A stretch of 64,000 nt of DNA from Minisyncoccota bacterium (GCA_041664585.1 JBAYKL010000001.1:4592-68591), one strand, 5' to 3'. Positions 28,559-39,215 are shown, numbered from the stretch's first letter. Notes: generated by a model not told the origin, from the sequence alone. Numbers and translations: made by a program.

Positions 28559-30295
28559 ATGTCATCTTCCGTAGATAAAATAAAAGAAAGATTAAGCATA
28601 GAAGAGGTTGTCGGCTCATATCTCAAACTCGAGAAAGCCGGCAACAATTTCAAAGCAAGGTGTCCTTTTCATAATGAAAAAACGCCGTCTTTCTTTGTGT
28701 CTCCGGACAGAGGTTCATACTATTGTTTTGGTTGTGGAAACAAAGGAGATATTTTTTCATTCGTTCAAGAATTTGAAGGAATCGATTTTGTAGGTTCTTT
28801 AAAAATTCTTGCTGAAAGAGCGGGGGTAGAATTAGAAAAGAATCCAGCTAAAATCACAGATAAAAAGGAAAGATTGTATATGTTGCTTGATGCGACCACG
28901 ACTTTTCTTCAAAAGAATCTTCTTGCAGAAGATATTCCGCTTGAATATTTAAAGAATAGGGGACTCACAGAAAAAACAATTAAGGATTGGCGTATTGGAT
29001 ATGTTCGTGATGAATGGAGATCTATATATGAGCATCTTAAATCAAAAGGTTTTACAGATGATGAAATGCAAAGGGCTGGAGTCATAAAGACAGAAGGTCA
29101 AAATACATATGATAGATTTCGTGGAAGGATAATGTTTCCAATATTTGATAGTGCTGGTAGGGCGATAGCATTTTCTGGAAGAATACTTCATGATGATGGT
29201 AAATCTGCTAAATACTTGAATAGTCCACAGACAGAAGTATTTGATAAGTCAAAAACTTTGTATGGATACAACTATGCAAAACAAGCTATAAGAAAATTTG
29301 ATTTCTCAATCTTAGTTGAAGGTCAAATGGATCTCCTTATGTGTCACCAAAGTGGTTTTTCAAACGCCGTAGCTTCTTCTGGTACAGCTCTTACCTCACA
29401 ACACCTCTCTCTTCTTAAGAGAATTTCAAATAGAATAATAATGTCTTTTGATTCTGATAATGCTGGAGCAAAGGCTGCAGAAAGAGGTTGGATGTTAGGA
29501 CTTGCTTCTGGTATGGAAGTGAAAGTTGCAGCTATACCAAAAGGATATGATCCAGCTGACCTTATCTTGAAAGATAAAGAAGAATTCAAAAAGGTCCTAA
29601 AAGATGCAGTTCATATTATTGAATTTTTGTTAGATAGAGTGATTTTAGAAAATACAGATGAAAGAAAAATCGGTCTGGCAGTAAAAAATAAAGTCCTACC
29701 ATTTCTTTCTTTGTTAGATAGCAGTATGGAAAAATCACACTATGTGACAAAAATAAGTAATAAGACTGGTATAAAAGAAGACGCAATTTGGGAAGACTTA
29801 AAGAAAGTAAAGATAGATGATGACTATGTGGTTAAGGAAGAAGTTCACGAAGAGAAAGAAGAAATAAAGACTGGAATGCTAAGAAGCGGATCAGTAGAAA
29901 GAAGCTTGGCATCGATAATAGCCCTCATTGAATCTTCAAAAGACCAGATAACAAACCCAGAAGAATTGAGACAAAAAGTTAAGGACTCCGTTGGAGAAGA
30001 AAAGTATAGAGAATTTAGTGAAGAGTTGGAAAGTTTGAAAGGAGAACTTTCATTCGAAGCTGAAAGTTATTACGGAGGGTTAGAAAAAGAAAAATTTAAT
30101 AAAGAAGTTGAATATATCTTGCTAAATCTGCAAGAAGAAATATTAAAAAAGGAATTATCATCACATATGGTTGAGTTGAAGAAGGCAGAAGCACAGAAAG
30201 ATACGGAAAAGGCCACTTCAATACTCAAAAGATGTAATGATATAACAAAACTTTTAAACAATATAAAAAACGAAAAGAATAAAAAAATCAAATAA
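28559..30295 (+). CDS. dnaG: DNA primase
   Basis: CPFHNEKTPSF, CFGC, KYLNSP, VEGQMD, FDSDNAG. Confidence 0.97.
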   Translation: MSSSVDKIKERLSIEEVVGSYLKLEKAGNNFKARCPFHNEKTPSFFVSPDRGSYYCFGCGNKGDIFSFVQEFEGIDFVGSLKILAERAGVELEKNPAKITDKKERLYMLLDATTTFLQKNLLAEDIPLEYLKNRGLTEKTIKDWRIGYVRDEWRSIYEHLKSKGFTDDEMQRAGVIKTEGQNTYDRFRGRIMFPIFDSAGRAIAFSGRILHDDGKSAKYLNSPQTEVFDKSKTLYGYNYAKQAIRKFDFSILVEGQMDLLMCHQSGFSNAVASSGTALTSQHLSLLKRISNRIIMSFDSDNAGAKAAERGWMLGLASGMEVKVAAIPKGYDPADLILKDKEEFKKVLKDAVHIIEFLLDRVILENTDERKIGLAVKNKVLPFLSLLDSSMEKSHYVTKISNKTGIKEDAIWEDLKKVKIDDDYVVKEEVHEEKEEIKTGMLRSGSVERSLASIIALIESSKDQITNPEELRQKVKDSVGEEKYREFSEELESLKGELSFEAESYYGGLEKEKFNKEVEYILLNLQEEILKKELSSHMVELKKAEAQKDTEKATSILKRCNDITKLLNNIKNEKNKKIK

Positions 30296-30322
30296 TTTAT
30301 TAAACTAATCTTTTATAAAAAA

Positions 30323-31534
30323 ATGGCGAAAAAAATAACAAAAAAAACAAAAATAAAAAAGGTTGTGAAATCTAAACCTATCAAAAAGCCTGTAAAAAAG
30401 GTGGTTGCTAAACCTGTGAAGAAATCTGCCACAGTAAAGGTTCCAAGAATTTCTGCAAAATCAAAGGAATTTGATATTAAGGCAGAAAGACTTCTCGTCA
30501 AAGGTAGAGAAAGAGGTTTCGTTACTTATGACGAGATTTTGAAGGAATTTCCAAAGATTGAAGAAGATATTGTTTTCTTGGACGATCTTTATTCTAAGTT
30601 TGCTACTGGAGGTATAGATATTCTTGAAGTCGGAGGCATTCTTGGTTTTGATGAAGAACAGGTTAAGAAATATACATATTCTGGTAAGTCTGCAGATGCA
30701 AATTACGACTCCATACAGATATATTTGAAAGAAATTGGTCAGTATCCTCTTATTACTGCAACTATGGAAAAAGATCTAGCTAGAAAGATATTGGCTGGAG
30801 ATGTAGAAGCTAAAAATCTTTTGGCAAAAGCAAACCTAAGACTTGTTGTCTCTATCGCAAAGAAATATGTTGGAAGAAGTGCAGACCTTACTCTCTTAGA
30901 CTTAATTCAAGAAGGAAACCTCGGTTTATTTAAGGCTGTAGATAAATTTGATTGGACAAAAGGTTTTAAGTTCTCAACATATGCTACTTGGTGGATTAGA
31001 CAAGCTATCACCAGAGCCCTTGCTGATCAATCTAGAACAATTCGTGTCCCAGTACACATGGTTGAAACTATCGCTAAGTATAAACAAGTTTACAGAAGAC
31101 TCTCACAAGACCTAGGTAGAGAACCTTTGCCAGATGAGATTGCTATTGAAATGGATATCGAAGTTGAAAAGGTTTACATGATTGAAAAGATTGATCAAGA
31201 TACTGTTTCTCTTGAAGCCCCTGTTGGAGATGACGGTGATGACGGTAAATCTACTTTGGGAGATTTCGTAGCAGACGACAAAATACTTTCTCCTGCAGAT
31301 GAATCATCAAGAAGAATCCTTTCAGATCAAGTAAAAGAAATTCTTGCAGACCTTTCTCTAAAGGAAAGAAAAATTCTTGAAATGAGACATGGGCTTGTAG
31401 ATGGTATCACTCACACTCTTGAAGAAGTTGGAAAAGAATTCGGTGTTACAAGAGAGAGAATAAGACAAATTGAAGCTAAGGCTCATGAGAAGATAAGACA
31501 GCATGAGAAGATAAGTAAGCTTCAGAGTTATTAA
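30323..31534 (+). CDS. rpoD: primary sigma factor
   Basis: [45 protein letters not shown]. Confidence 0.97.
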   Translation: MAKKITKKTKIKKVVKSKPIKKPVKKVVAKPVKKSATVKVPRISAKSKEFDIKAERLLVKGRERGFVTYDEILKEFPKIEEDIVFLDDLYSKFATGGIDILEVGGILGFDEEQVKKYTYSGKSADANYDSIQIYLKEIGQYPLITATMEKDLARKILAGDVEAKNLLAKANLRLVVSIAKKYVGRSADLTLLDLIQEGNLGLFKAVDKFDWTKGFKFSTYATWWIRQAITRALADQSRTIRVPVHMVETIAKYKQVYRRLSQDLGREPLPDEIAIEMDIEVEKVYMIEKIDQDTVSLEAPVGDDGDDGKSTLGDFVADDKILSPADESSRRILSDQVKEILADLSLKERKILEMRHGLVDGITHTLEEVGKEFGVTRERIRQIEAKAHEKIRQHEKISKLQSY

Positions 31535-31540
31535 AAAAAT

Positions 31541-31588
31541 AAAAGACCAGAGGTCAAGATGTAGAAATCTTTTCCTGCTGGTCTTTTT
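31541..31588. terminator. bidirectional terminator between rpoD and pilin
   Basis: AAAAGACCAG...CTGGTCTTTTT. Confidence 0.65.
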
Positions 31589-31600
31589 GGTTTGTGGTCG

Positions 31601-32053
31601 TTACTGGATAACACTCGAGCGTCTCTCGACCGTATTTTCATCAACGGTTTCTGTGTACCCACCCCCGTCAATATCTTTTGATGTACGCAGATGTATGGTT
31701 GCTGTAACCAAGCCGTTTTTGGTACTAAAGCTTAGAGACATGCCACCGTCGCCAGCATCCGTAATTATTTCAAACTTTGAATAAACAACCCGCGCATCAT
31801 TTGAGGGTATACATACCCAAGATGGTGTAATCTCGTATGGGCTTAGGCTGTTTCCATTTTTTACCCAGTACCTGTAACAGTTCGGCGCCGTGGACATAAA
31901 ACGGACTATATTGCCGATACTTTCTTTAGGCGGTTTTGATTGAGCTTTATTATAGGCATCGAGTATTGCCGGTATCCCGATGGCTGCAAGAAGCCCAATA
32001 ATTGCCACGACAATCATTACTTCAACTAATGTGAATCCACTTTTTTTGCTCAT
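31601..32053 (-). CDS. type IV pilin-like protein (accessory cassette)
   Basis: KSG|FTLVEVMIVVAIIGLLAAIGIP; ATG 32053 with AAGGAGAGG SD; TTGACT-17-TAGTAT. Confidence 0.85.
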   Translation of the reverse strand: MSKKSGFTLVEVMIVVAIIGLLAAIGIPAILDAYNKAQSKPPKESIGNIVRFMSTAPNCYRYWVKNGNSLSPYEITPSWVCIPSNDARVVYSKFEIITDAGDGGMSLSFSTKNGLVTATIHLRTSKDIDGGGYTETVDENTVERRSSVIQ

Positions 32054-32220
32054 TTCTTTCCTCTCCTTTTCAAGGTTACTTTCTTGTTTGTTGTTCGATT
32101 TGTACAACCTACAAAATTCTATCTAATATACTAAAACATAATAAAACAAAAGTCAATTGGGCTCAGATTTAGTTTAAATTTAATATTTGTTAAAAAAATG
32201 TCTATGCTATAATTAACCAC

Positions 32221-32937
32221 ATGAATTTAAAACAACTTATTTTTTTAGACACAGAAACCACAGGAAATGACATAACAAAAGATAGATTGTCTCAGGTTTG
32301 TTATAGATTTGATGGCGTTGTTTGTAATGAATATTTCAAGCCACCAGTACCCATGTCTGTAAAAGCTATGAGTATTACTCATATAACAAATAAGATGTTG
32401 GTTGATAAGCCAGCTTTTATTGGTAGTTTGATGCACAATTCCTTAGAAGAACTACTTAAGGATAATATTCTCGTAGCTCACAATGCGAAATTTGATATTG
32501 GCATGTTAGAAAATGAAGGTCTATCTATACCAAAATTCATTTGTACTCTTCGTGTGGCTAGATATTTAGATAATAGTAATTTAATTCCAGAATATGGGCT
32601 GCAATTTTTAAGATATTTTCTTGATTTAGATGTTGAAGGTTCTGCTCACGATGCAGAGGGAGATGTAAATGTTCTCTGTGCTGTATTTGATAGATTATTT
32701 CAAAAAATAAAAGAGCTTGAAGGAAGTGAAGAAAAAGCTATTGAGAAGATGATTGATATTTCTAAGACTCCAACCATTTTCAATAAATTTAATTTTGGAA
32801 AGCACAAAGACAAAACAGTAGAAGAAGTTTTAAAAAATGACAGAAGATATCTTGAATGGCTTCTAAATACAAAGTTAGAAAACGAACAGAACGACGAAGA
32901 TTGGGTATATACTTTGAAGTATTATTTGAGCAAATAG
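32221..32937 (+). CDS. DEDDh 3'-5' exonuclease (DnaQ/ExoX-like) with C-terminal FGKH domain
   Basis: FLDTETTG, VAHNAKFD, AHDAEGDV, FNFGKHKD..YLEWL. Confidence 0.9.
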   Translation: MNLKQLIFLDTETTGNDITKDRLSQVCYRFDGVVCNEYFKPPVPMSVKAMSITHITNKMLVDKPAFIGSLMHNSLEELLKDNILVAHNAKFDIGMLENEGLSIPKFICTLRVARYLDNSNLIPEYGLQFLRYFLDLDVEGSAHDAEGDVNVLCAVFDRLFQKIKELEGSEEKAIEKMIDISKTPTIFNKFNFGKHKDKTVEEVLKNDRRYLEWLLNTKLENEQNDEDWVYTLKYYLSK

Positions 32938-32944
32938 AATTAAT

Positions 32945-33217
32945 ATGGATTTGAGCGAATTAAGAAATGAAATAGATCAAATAGATAGGGAATTTTTGAG
33001 TATTTTATCAAAAAGAATGAAGTTGATACCGAAGGTTGCTGAATACAAGAAAAAGAATAGTATTAAAAGATATCAACCTGAACGTGAGAAAGAGGTGATT
33101 AAATTAAGAAGAGAGTTGGCAAAAGAACTGAATATTAGCTCGGATCTTGTGGAATCTATTTTTAAGGAAATTATAAAAGATGCTCATAAGATAGAGGAGC
33201 AAATAATGGGAGAATAA
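32945..33217 (+). CDS. chorismate mutase (AroQ/type II)
   Basis: LSELRNEIDQIDREFLSILSKR, YKK, QPEREKEV. Confidence 0.88.
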   Translation: MDLSELRNEIDQIDREFLSILSKRMKLIPKVAEYKKKNSIKRYQPEREKEVIKLRRELAKELNISSDLVESIFKEIIKDAHKIEEQIMGE

Positions 33218-33219
33218 AC

Positions 33220-34872
33220 ATGAAAATATGCATTATTGGCGGTAGCGGAAATTTCGGGCAATTTTTTACAAAAATATTTAGTGATAACAAACACGAAGTA
33301 TTTTCTATAGGAAGGGCAAATATTAAAAAAATAAAAAACTACGTAGAACAAAGCGATGTAGTAGTTATTTCTGTACCAAATGAAGCAATTAAAACTTACA
33401 CAGATATATTAGGTAAGATTGTTAATCAAAAACAACTTGTCATAGATATTTCATCTGTTATGAGTAGTAACTTAACTGCTATAAAGAAACTCAAGTGCCA
33501 GTCTGTTTTTTTGCATCCTCTTTTTGCTCCAAATATTAAAAAAGGAAAAGCTTTTAAATATGTCTTAGCACCAGTAAATTTAAAGAATAGAAAATTGCTT
33601 AAGGAATTTCTAAACATTTTGGAAAATAACGGATCCGTAATAAAAGAGACCTCTGTCGAAAATCATGAAAAAATGATGGCCTATGTTCAAGCATTATCAC
33701 ATTTTAACAGTATTCTATTAACTAAAGTTTTGGCTAATTCTGATTTAGACGCTAAAGAAATCGAGGAATTTTCTACAACCTTCTTTCGTTTAAGTTTCGA
33801 TGCATCCTCTAGGATTTTTGCACAGAAATCTGAAATTTATGCAGATATACAATTTAATAATAGTTATTTTTTAGATGTCATTGAAGATTATGAAGAAAAT
33901 CTTAGAGAAATTAAGAAAATCATAATTGATAAAGATTATTTAGAATATCAAAAAGTATTTGATAAAATAATAAAAAAACTTTCACCGTTACTAAAAGAAT
34001 CATTTGACGAGAGTCAGTCTTTAATTAAAAATCTTTCGGATAATTTTAAAAGGGTTGGTTACCTTGGACCAGAAGGCAGTTATTCTGAAATGGCCGCTGA
34101 ATTTTTAATGTCATACGAAAAACTTGTACCATCAGAGACAATCGCAGACATAATAAGTAAGGTAAACAATGGCGAATTGGATTTTGGTGTCCTACCAATA
34201 GAGAATTCAATACAAGGAAGTATTATAGAAACAGTTGATGGATTATATAAAAATAAATTATTTATCCAACAAGAATTAGTCGTACCAATTAAACATTGCG
34301 TGGCTGGTTTAGTGTCTAAAATAGTTCCTGAAAAAATTGAAATTGTGATGTCACATCCTCAAGCCTTGGGACAATGTTCAGAGTATATAAATAAACATTT
34401 TCCTAATGCTAAAAGAATGATTATAAATAGTACTGCACAAGCTTTTAAAAAGATTATAGATGAAAGTCTATCTAACGCCGTAGCTATTGGTAATAAAACT
34501 GCCGCTCTTAAATATAATTTAAAGATATTTGATGAAGATATCCAGGATGTAGAAAATAATGAAACCAAATTCGTATTAGTTAAAAAAACCTTTAATATAA
34601 ATTCAAAAGGCCAAGTGTCTAGTTTTGTCATTGTTCCTAAGAAGGACAGATCCGGTCTTCTTTTTGATATTCTGGGATATTTTAAAGAAAATAATATTAA
34701 TTTAAACAAAATCGAATCAAGACCGCTAAAGTCTGGCCTCGGTAAATATATATTTCATATTGATATACAGGGTAATTTTAAAGATAAAAATGTAGAGCGA
34801 GCTATTAGCGGAATTAAAAAGGAAAGCGAGGTAATATTTTTAGGTAGCTATAATCAAGAGAGATATAAGTAA
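33220..34872 (+). CDS. fused prephenate dehydrogenase - prephenate dehydratase - ACT
   Basis: IIGGSGNFG, HPLFAP, HEKMMAYVQALSH (TyrA); YLGPEGSYS, PIENSIQG, SHPQALGQC, NNETKF, IESRP (PheA/ACT). Confidence 0.9.
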   Translation: MKICIIGGSGNFGQFFTKIFSDNKHEVFSIGRANIKKIKNYVEQSDVVVISVPNEAIKTYTDILGKIVNQKQLVIDISSVMSSNLTAIKKLKCQSVFLHPLFAPNIKKGKAFKYVLAPVNLKNRKLLKEFLNILENNGSVIKETSVENHEKMMAYVQALSHFNSILLTKVLANSDLDAKEIEEFSTTFFRLSFDASSRIFAQKSEIYADIQFNNSYFLDVIEDYEENLREIKKIIIDKDYLEYQKVFDKIIKKLSPLLKESFDESQSLIKNLSDNFKRVGYLGPEGSYSEMAAEFLMSYEKLVPSETIADIISKVNNGELDFGVLPIENSIQGSIIETVDGLYKNKLFIQQELVVPIKHCVAGLVSKIVPEKIEIVMSHPQALGQCSEYINKHFPNAKRMIINSTAQAFKKIIDESLSNAVAIGNKTAALKYNLKIFDEDIQDVENNETKFVLVKKTFNINSKGQVSSFVIVPKKDRSGLLFDILGYFKENNINLNKIESRPLKSGLGKYIFHIDIQGNFKDKNVERAISGIKKESEVIFLGSYNQERYK

Positions 34873-34898
34873 GAATTTACTTATGTTATAATTTATCT

Positions 34899-37800
34899 GT
34901 GAATTTCGAACAGAGATATAAAGAGCTTAACAAACAACAAAAACAAGCTGTCGATACTATCGATGGTCCACTTCTTGTTGTTGCTGGTCCTGGTTCTGGC
35001 AAAACAGAAATCTTGAGCTTAAGAGTCGGTAAAATCTTACAAGAATCACAGATTTTGGCTTCTAATATTCTTTGCCTTACCTTTACCGAAGCTGCATCTC
35101 TCAACATGAGAAATCGTTTAGCTAAACTCATTGGCCAAGAAGGATATCGTGTAGCCATCCACACCTTTCATAATTTTTGTGTAGAAATAATACAAAAATA
35201 TCCAGAGTATTTTTATAGCGGAGCATATTTTTCTCCAGCAAATGAACTTACCCAAATTCAGATATTACAAGAAATCTTTGAAAAGCTTCCACACAAAAAT
35301 CCACTTAGCTCTGTTCATCCAGAACAGGGTTTTGTATATCTGAAAGATTCTTTATATTTAATAGGCAACTTGAAAAAAGCTGGTATTGAGCCAGATGAAT
35401 TTAAGAAGATATTAAATCATAATAAAAAGCTCATAACAGAAATAAATGAGATTATTCAGAATATTTTTACAGATAAAATATCAAAAGAAACAATAACAAA
35501 GGCTTTCACAGGATTAGAGAAACTAAAAAAGCTTTCAGATAAATCTATAAAAGATTTCCCTAAGATGTTATTTAAAAATCTTGCTGAGTCTACATACGAA
35601 TCCTTAAAAAAAGCTACAGAAGAAGCAGATGAGCTTAGCAAGACAAATTCACTTACTGCATGGAAAGGAGACTTTCTTAAAAAAGATGACGAAAATAATA
35701 ACATTCTAAAAGATACTGTTTATACAGAAAAGCTTTTGGCTTTTGCTGAAATTTACGAAAATCATAGAAAGTCCATGCTTGAAAAAGGATACTATGATTT
35801 TGATGATATGATTCTCGATTGTAAAACTGCTTTACAACAAAATCCTGCACTCAGGTATGAGATCCAAGAACAATATCAATATATTCTTGTAGATGAATTT
35901 CAGGATACAAACGGGGCTCAAATGGAACTACTTCAGCTTATTACCGATGCACCAGTAAATGAAGGTAAGCCAAATATAATGGCTGTAGGAGATGATGATC
36001 AGGCTGTATATAAATTCCAAGGAGCAGAACTTTCTAATATTCTTAATTTCCAAAAGATTTTTAAAGATGTAAAAGTTGTGACGATGACCCAGAATTATCG
36101 TTCCACTCAAGACATTCTTGATATAGCAAGAGAAATGATTATAAAAGGTGAAGAAAGATTAGAAAATCTTTTCCCGGAAATTGAAAAGAATCTTGTTGCT
36201 TCAAATCCAAATATTAAGAAAGGGGATATTAAACATAAAGAATTTGCGACTAATGCTTACGAATATCATTTCATTGCAAAGGAAATAAGGAAAAGAATTG
36301 ATAACGGAGAAAATCCAGAAGAGATTGCTGTTATAGCAAGAAAGCATTTTCAACTTGAAGAAATTGTTGCGTATTTGAAAGGTGAAAAAATAGATGTTAG
36401 GTACGAAAGAGAACAAAATGTTTTTAAGGAGCCTCATATAGCCCAGATAATTACGATATCTAAGTTCCTTACCTCTCTTACAAATAAACATAAAGATGAA
36501 GCAGATGAATATTTGCCAGAAATACTTAGTTTTCCATTCTGGAATCTTAAGAGGGAAGATGTATGGAAGATTTCTCTATCTGCAAGAAGAGGAGAAAATG
36601 AAAAGAATTGGATTGAAGTAATGCTTGAATCAGAAAATCATAAAATAAAAGACGTTGCTAATTTCTTGATAGAGCTAGGTGTAAGATCCGAGAATGAACC
36701 ATTAGAAAAGATACTGGATTCAATCGTTGGTTCTCACATTTCTCTCTCGGAAGAAAGCGAAGATGCTGATCTAGAAAATCTACCACAAATAGATGGAAAT
36801 TTTATAAGCCCTTTCAAAGGTTTCTATTTCAGTAAAGAAAAATTCGAACATTCAAAAGCAGAATATCTATCTTTCCTTTCATCACTTAGAGTTTTTGTGA
36901 ATGCGCTTAGAGAATATAAAAGTGGAGAAGTTCTTTCTATAAAAGATCTTGTGGAGTTTGTAGAATTACATGAAAAAAATGAAATCCCATTAAATGATCA
37001 AAGCCCATTTTCAAGATTAAAAGGTGCTGTAAATTTGATGACAGCACATGGAGCAAAGGGTTTAGAATTTGAGACCGTATTTGTACTTTCTTGTCAGGAT
37101 GATATTTGGGCTGGTAGAGGTAATAGTTCAAAACTAGTATCTCCCTCGAACCTACCAATAGGGCCTTCTGGAGACACTGAAGATGACAAACTAAGGCTGT
37201 TTTACGTGGCTATAACGCGCGCCAAGAGGCATTTATACCTCACTTCGTATCAAACCAAAGAAAATGGAAAAGAGGCCAAAAAATTGCGTTTTCTTGTGTC
37301 TGAGAAGGACGCAGAAAGCCATGAAAAACAGGCCCTAAAAACCCTATATATTCCGGAACAAGCAAGTAAAGATGAAGATGCTCCGGAGCCGCATGAAGTA
37401 CTCACGGCTTCTTGGCTCGACTACAGGACCACACCTTTCATAGGTACAGAAAAGAAAATTTTAGAAACTTTGGTAGAGGAATATAAAATGCCGGTTACTC
37501 ATTTAAATAACTTTTTGAATATAGAAAAAGGGGGACCACAGTATTTCTTAGAACAAAACTTGCTTAGATTTCCTCAGTCAAAAACTGCTTCTGGATCATA
37601 TGGTACAGCAATACACAGAACATTAGAAAAATTTATTTTATCTTTCAAAAAAGAAGGTAAACTTTCTCCAAAAAAAGAAGTCCTTGAGTGGTTTATCATC
37701 TTCCTAAAAAAAGAAAGACTTGCTCCAGAAGATTTTAAACAATATTCAGAAAGAGGACTTGAAGCTCTTGAAGCTTTCTTGGATAAGAAACAAGAAACTT

Positions 37801-38291
37801 TCAATCAAAAAGATATCGTTGAGTTTAATTTTAGAGATCAGGGAGTTGTGGTAGATGGTGCGGAATTAAATGGAAAGATAGATAGGATTGTGATATTGGA
37901 GGACGGAGAGCTTGAGGTTCATGATTATAAGACCGGTAAGCCTTTAGAAGATTGGGAAGATAATACTGATTCGTACAAAAAGACAAAATCATATGAATAC
38001 GAAAGACAACTTACTTTCTATAAATTACTTGTAGAAAATTCCAGGGAATTTGGTGGAAAGAAAAAAGTAACAAAAGGGGTTTTAGATTTTGTTGAACCAA
38101 AAAGAGAGAGTGGTCAGATAATCACACTTGATATGATTATTACAGAAGAAAAAACAGAGAGGCTTAGAAATCTGGTAAGAGTAGTATATAAGAAGATTAA
38201 AGATTTAGATTTCCCAGATATTAGTAAATATTCTAAAGATTTAAATGGTATAAAAGATTTTGAGGAAGATTTGTTGGCTGGGAAGATATAA
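34899..38291 (+). CDS. UvrD/PcrA-type helicase with C-terminal PD-(D/E)XK nuclease
   Basis: AGPGSGKT, VDEFQD, GDDDQA, HGAKGLEF, YVAITRAK; GKIDRI..VHDYKTG, QLTFY. Confidence 0.93.
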   Translation: MNFEQRYKELNKQQKQAVDTIDGPLLVVAGPGSGKTEILSLRVGKILQESQILASNILCLTFTEAASLNMRNRLAKLIGQEGYRVAIHTFHNFCVEIIQKYPEYFYSGAYFSPANELTQIQILQEIFEKLPHKNPLSSVHPEQGFVYLKDSLYLIGNLKKAGIEPDEFKKILNHNKKLITEINEIIQNIFTDKISKETITKAFTGLEKLKKLSDKSIKDFPKMLFKNLAESTYESLKKATEEADELSKTNSLTAWKGDFLKKDDENNNILKDTVYTEKLLAFAEIYENHRKSMLEKGYYDFDDMILDCKTALQQNPALRYEIQEQYQYILVDEFQDTNGAQMELLQLITDAPVNEGKPNIMAVGDDDQAVYKFQGAELSNILNFQKIFKDVKVVTMTQNYRSTQDILDIAREMIIKGEERLENLFPEIEKNLVASNPNIKKGDIKHKEFATNAYEYHFIAKEIRKRIDNGENPEEIAVIARKHFQLEEIVAYLKGEKIDVRYEREQNVFKEPHIAQIITISKFLTSLTNKHKDEADEYLPEILSFPFWNLKREDVWKISLSARRGENEKNWIEVMLESENHKIKDVANFLIELGVRSENEPLEKILDSIVGSHISLSEESEDADLENLPQIDGNFISPFKGFYFSKEKFEHSKAEYLSFLSSLRVFVNALREYKSGEVLSIKDLVEFVELHEKNEIPLNDQSPFSRLKGAVNLMTAHGAKGLEFETVFVLSCQDDIWAGRGNSSKLVSPSNLPIGPSGDTEDDKLRLFYVAITRAKRHLYLTSYQTKENGKEAKKLRFLVSEKDAESHEKQALKTLYIPEQASKDEDAPEPHEVLTASWLDYRTTPFIGTEKKILETLVEEYKMPVTHLNNFLNIEKGGPQYFLEQNLLRFPQSKTASGSYGTAIHRTLEKFILSFKKEGKLSPKKEVLEWFIIFLKKERLAPEDFKQYSERGLEALEAFLDKKQETFNQKDIVEFNFRDQGVVVDGAELNGKIDRIVILEDGELEVHDYKTGKPLEDWEDNTDSYKKTKSYEYERQLTFYKLLVENSREFGGKKKVTKGVLDFVEPKRESGQIITLDMIITEEKTERLRNLVRVVYKKIKDLDFPDISKYSKDLNGIKDFEEDLLAGKI

Positions 38292-38292
38292 T

Positions 38293-38327
38293 AAAAAAAC
38301 CACTCACATAATTTGAGTGGTTTTTTT
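38293..38327. terminator. bidirectional terminator
   Basis: AAAAAAACCACTCA-CATAATT-TGAGTGGTTTTTTT. Confidence 0.85.
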
Positions 38328-38334
38328 ATATTGA

Positions 38335-39153
38335 TTACTTTTTCAACAATATATCTATAACTGTTTTCATTGCCTCTACTGGTAACGCACCATTTGTTGT
38401 AACTCTTTTTTTATCACTACTTACATTTATAAGTGGTTTACCATCTCTATCAACAATATTATTACTTATAACGAAATCATTTATTTCTTTTACTGTATTG
38501 TCTTTGATAGCTGAGGTTAAAATCATTACAGTATATGGAGTTCCATTTACACCTATTCTTAGACCATCTTTTTGTTGGTCAGTAACAATGGAAGTCATTT
38601 TGCCACTAGAAAGACAGGTATTAAATTTCGTAACATCAAGACCTACATTTTTTGCAAATACTGGGAGTTTAGTAGCATCAAGAGAATCATTTCCTTCTGT
38701 CTCTGAATATATCATATCTAACATTGCCCAAAAAGATTTATTTCCACCAATTTCAGCCGCACATTCTGTCGCTTCGGCTTCTTTTATTGCTTTTTTATGA
38801 AAAGTTAGTGGAAAATGTCTGTATACCCAAGCTACTTTACCATCTTTACCATATGTATCTATCAAGCTATGCATAGTTACATGGAATCTCTTACAGAAGG
38901 GACATTCAGTATCTGAATATTCAACAATCTTTATTTCTGCATTTGGATTACCAAGAATGTGTTCGTCTGCACTTATTGCTTTTGGTGCAGCACCTGTAGC
39001 AGGAGCTGTTTTTGCTGGAGTGTTTGCTTTGTTGTTCGCAACTGCGCCGCCATTATCTTTGTTGGTAAAATAAATTGCTCCCGCAATTACGAAACCAGCC
39101 AATAGGATGGCTCCGGGGACATAGTATACACTTTGTTCTTGTTTATTAGACAT
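38335..39153 (-). CDS. DsbA-family thioredoxin-fold oxidoreductase
   Basis: N-terminal TM; EYSDTECPFC, YRHFPL, GVNGTP. Confidence 0.9.
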   Translation of the reverse strand: MSNKQEQSVYYVPGAILLAGFVIAGAIYFTNKDNGGAVANNKANTPAKTAPATGAAPKAISADEHILGNPNAEIKIVEYSDTECPFCKRFHVTMHSLIDTYGKDGKVAWVYRHFPLTFHKKAIKEAEATECAAEIGGNKSFWAMLDMIYSETEGNDSLDATKLPVFAKNVGLDVTKFNTCLSSGKMTSIVTDQQKDGLRIGVNGTPYTVMILTSAIKDNTVKEINDFVISNNIVDRDGKPLINVSSDKKRVTTNGALPVEAMKTVIDILLKK

Positions 39154-39215
39154 TTGTTATTTTAATTAAACTATTAATGTGGGATAATTATATCATAATA
39201 ATTTAAAACACAAGT

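Noticed and set aside
34899-38291. Helicase-nuclease fusion as a novel defence system
   Set aside because: The UvrD + PD-(D/E)XK architecture is a common AddA/AdnB-like repair enzyme and has no defence-type neighbours
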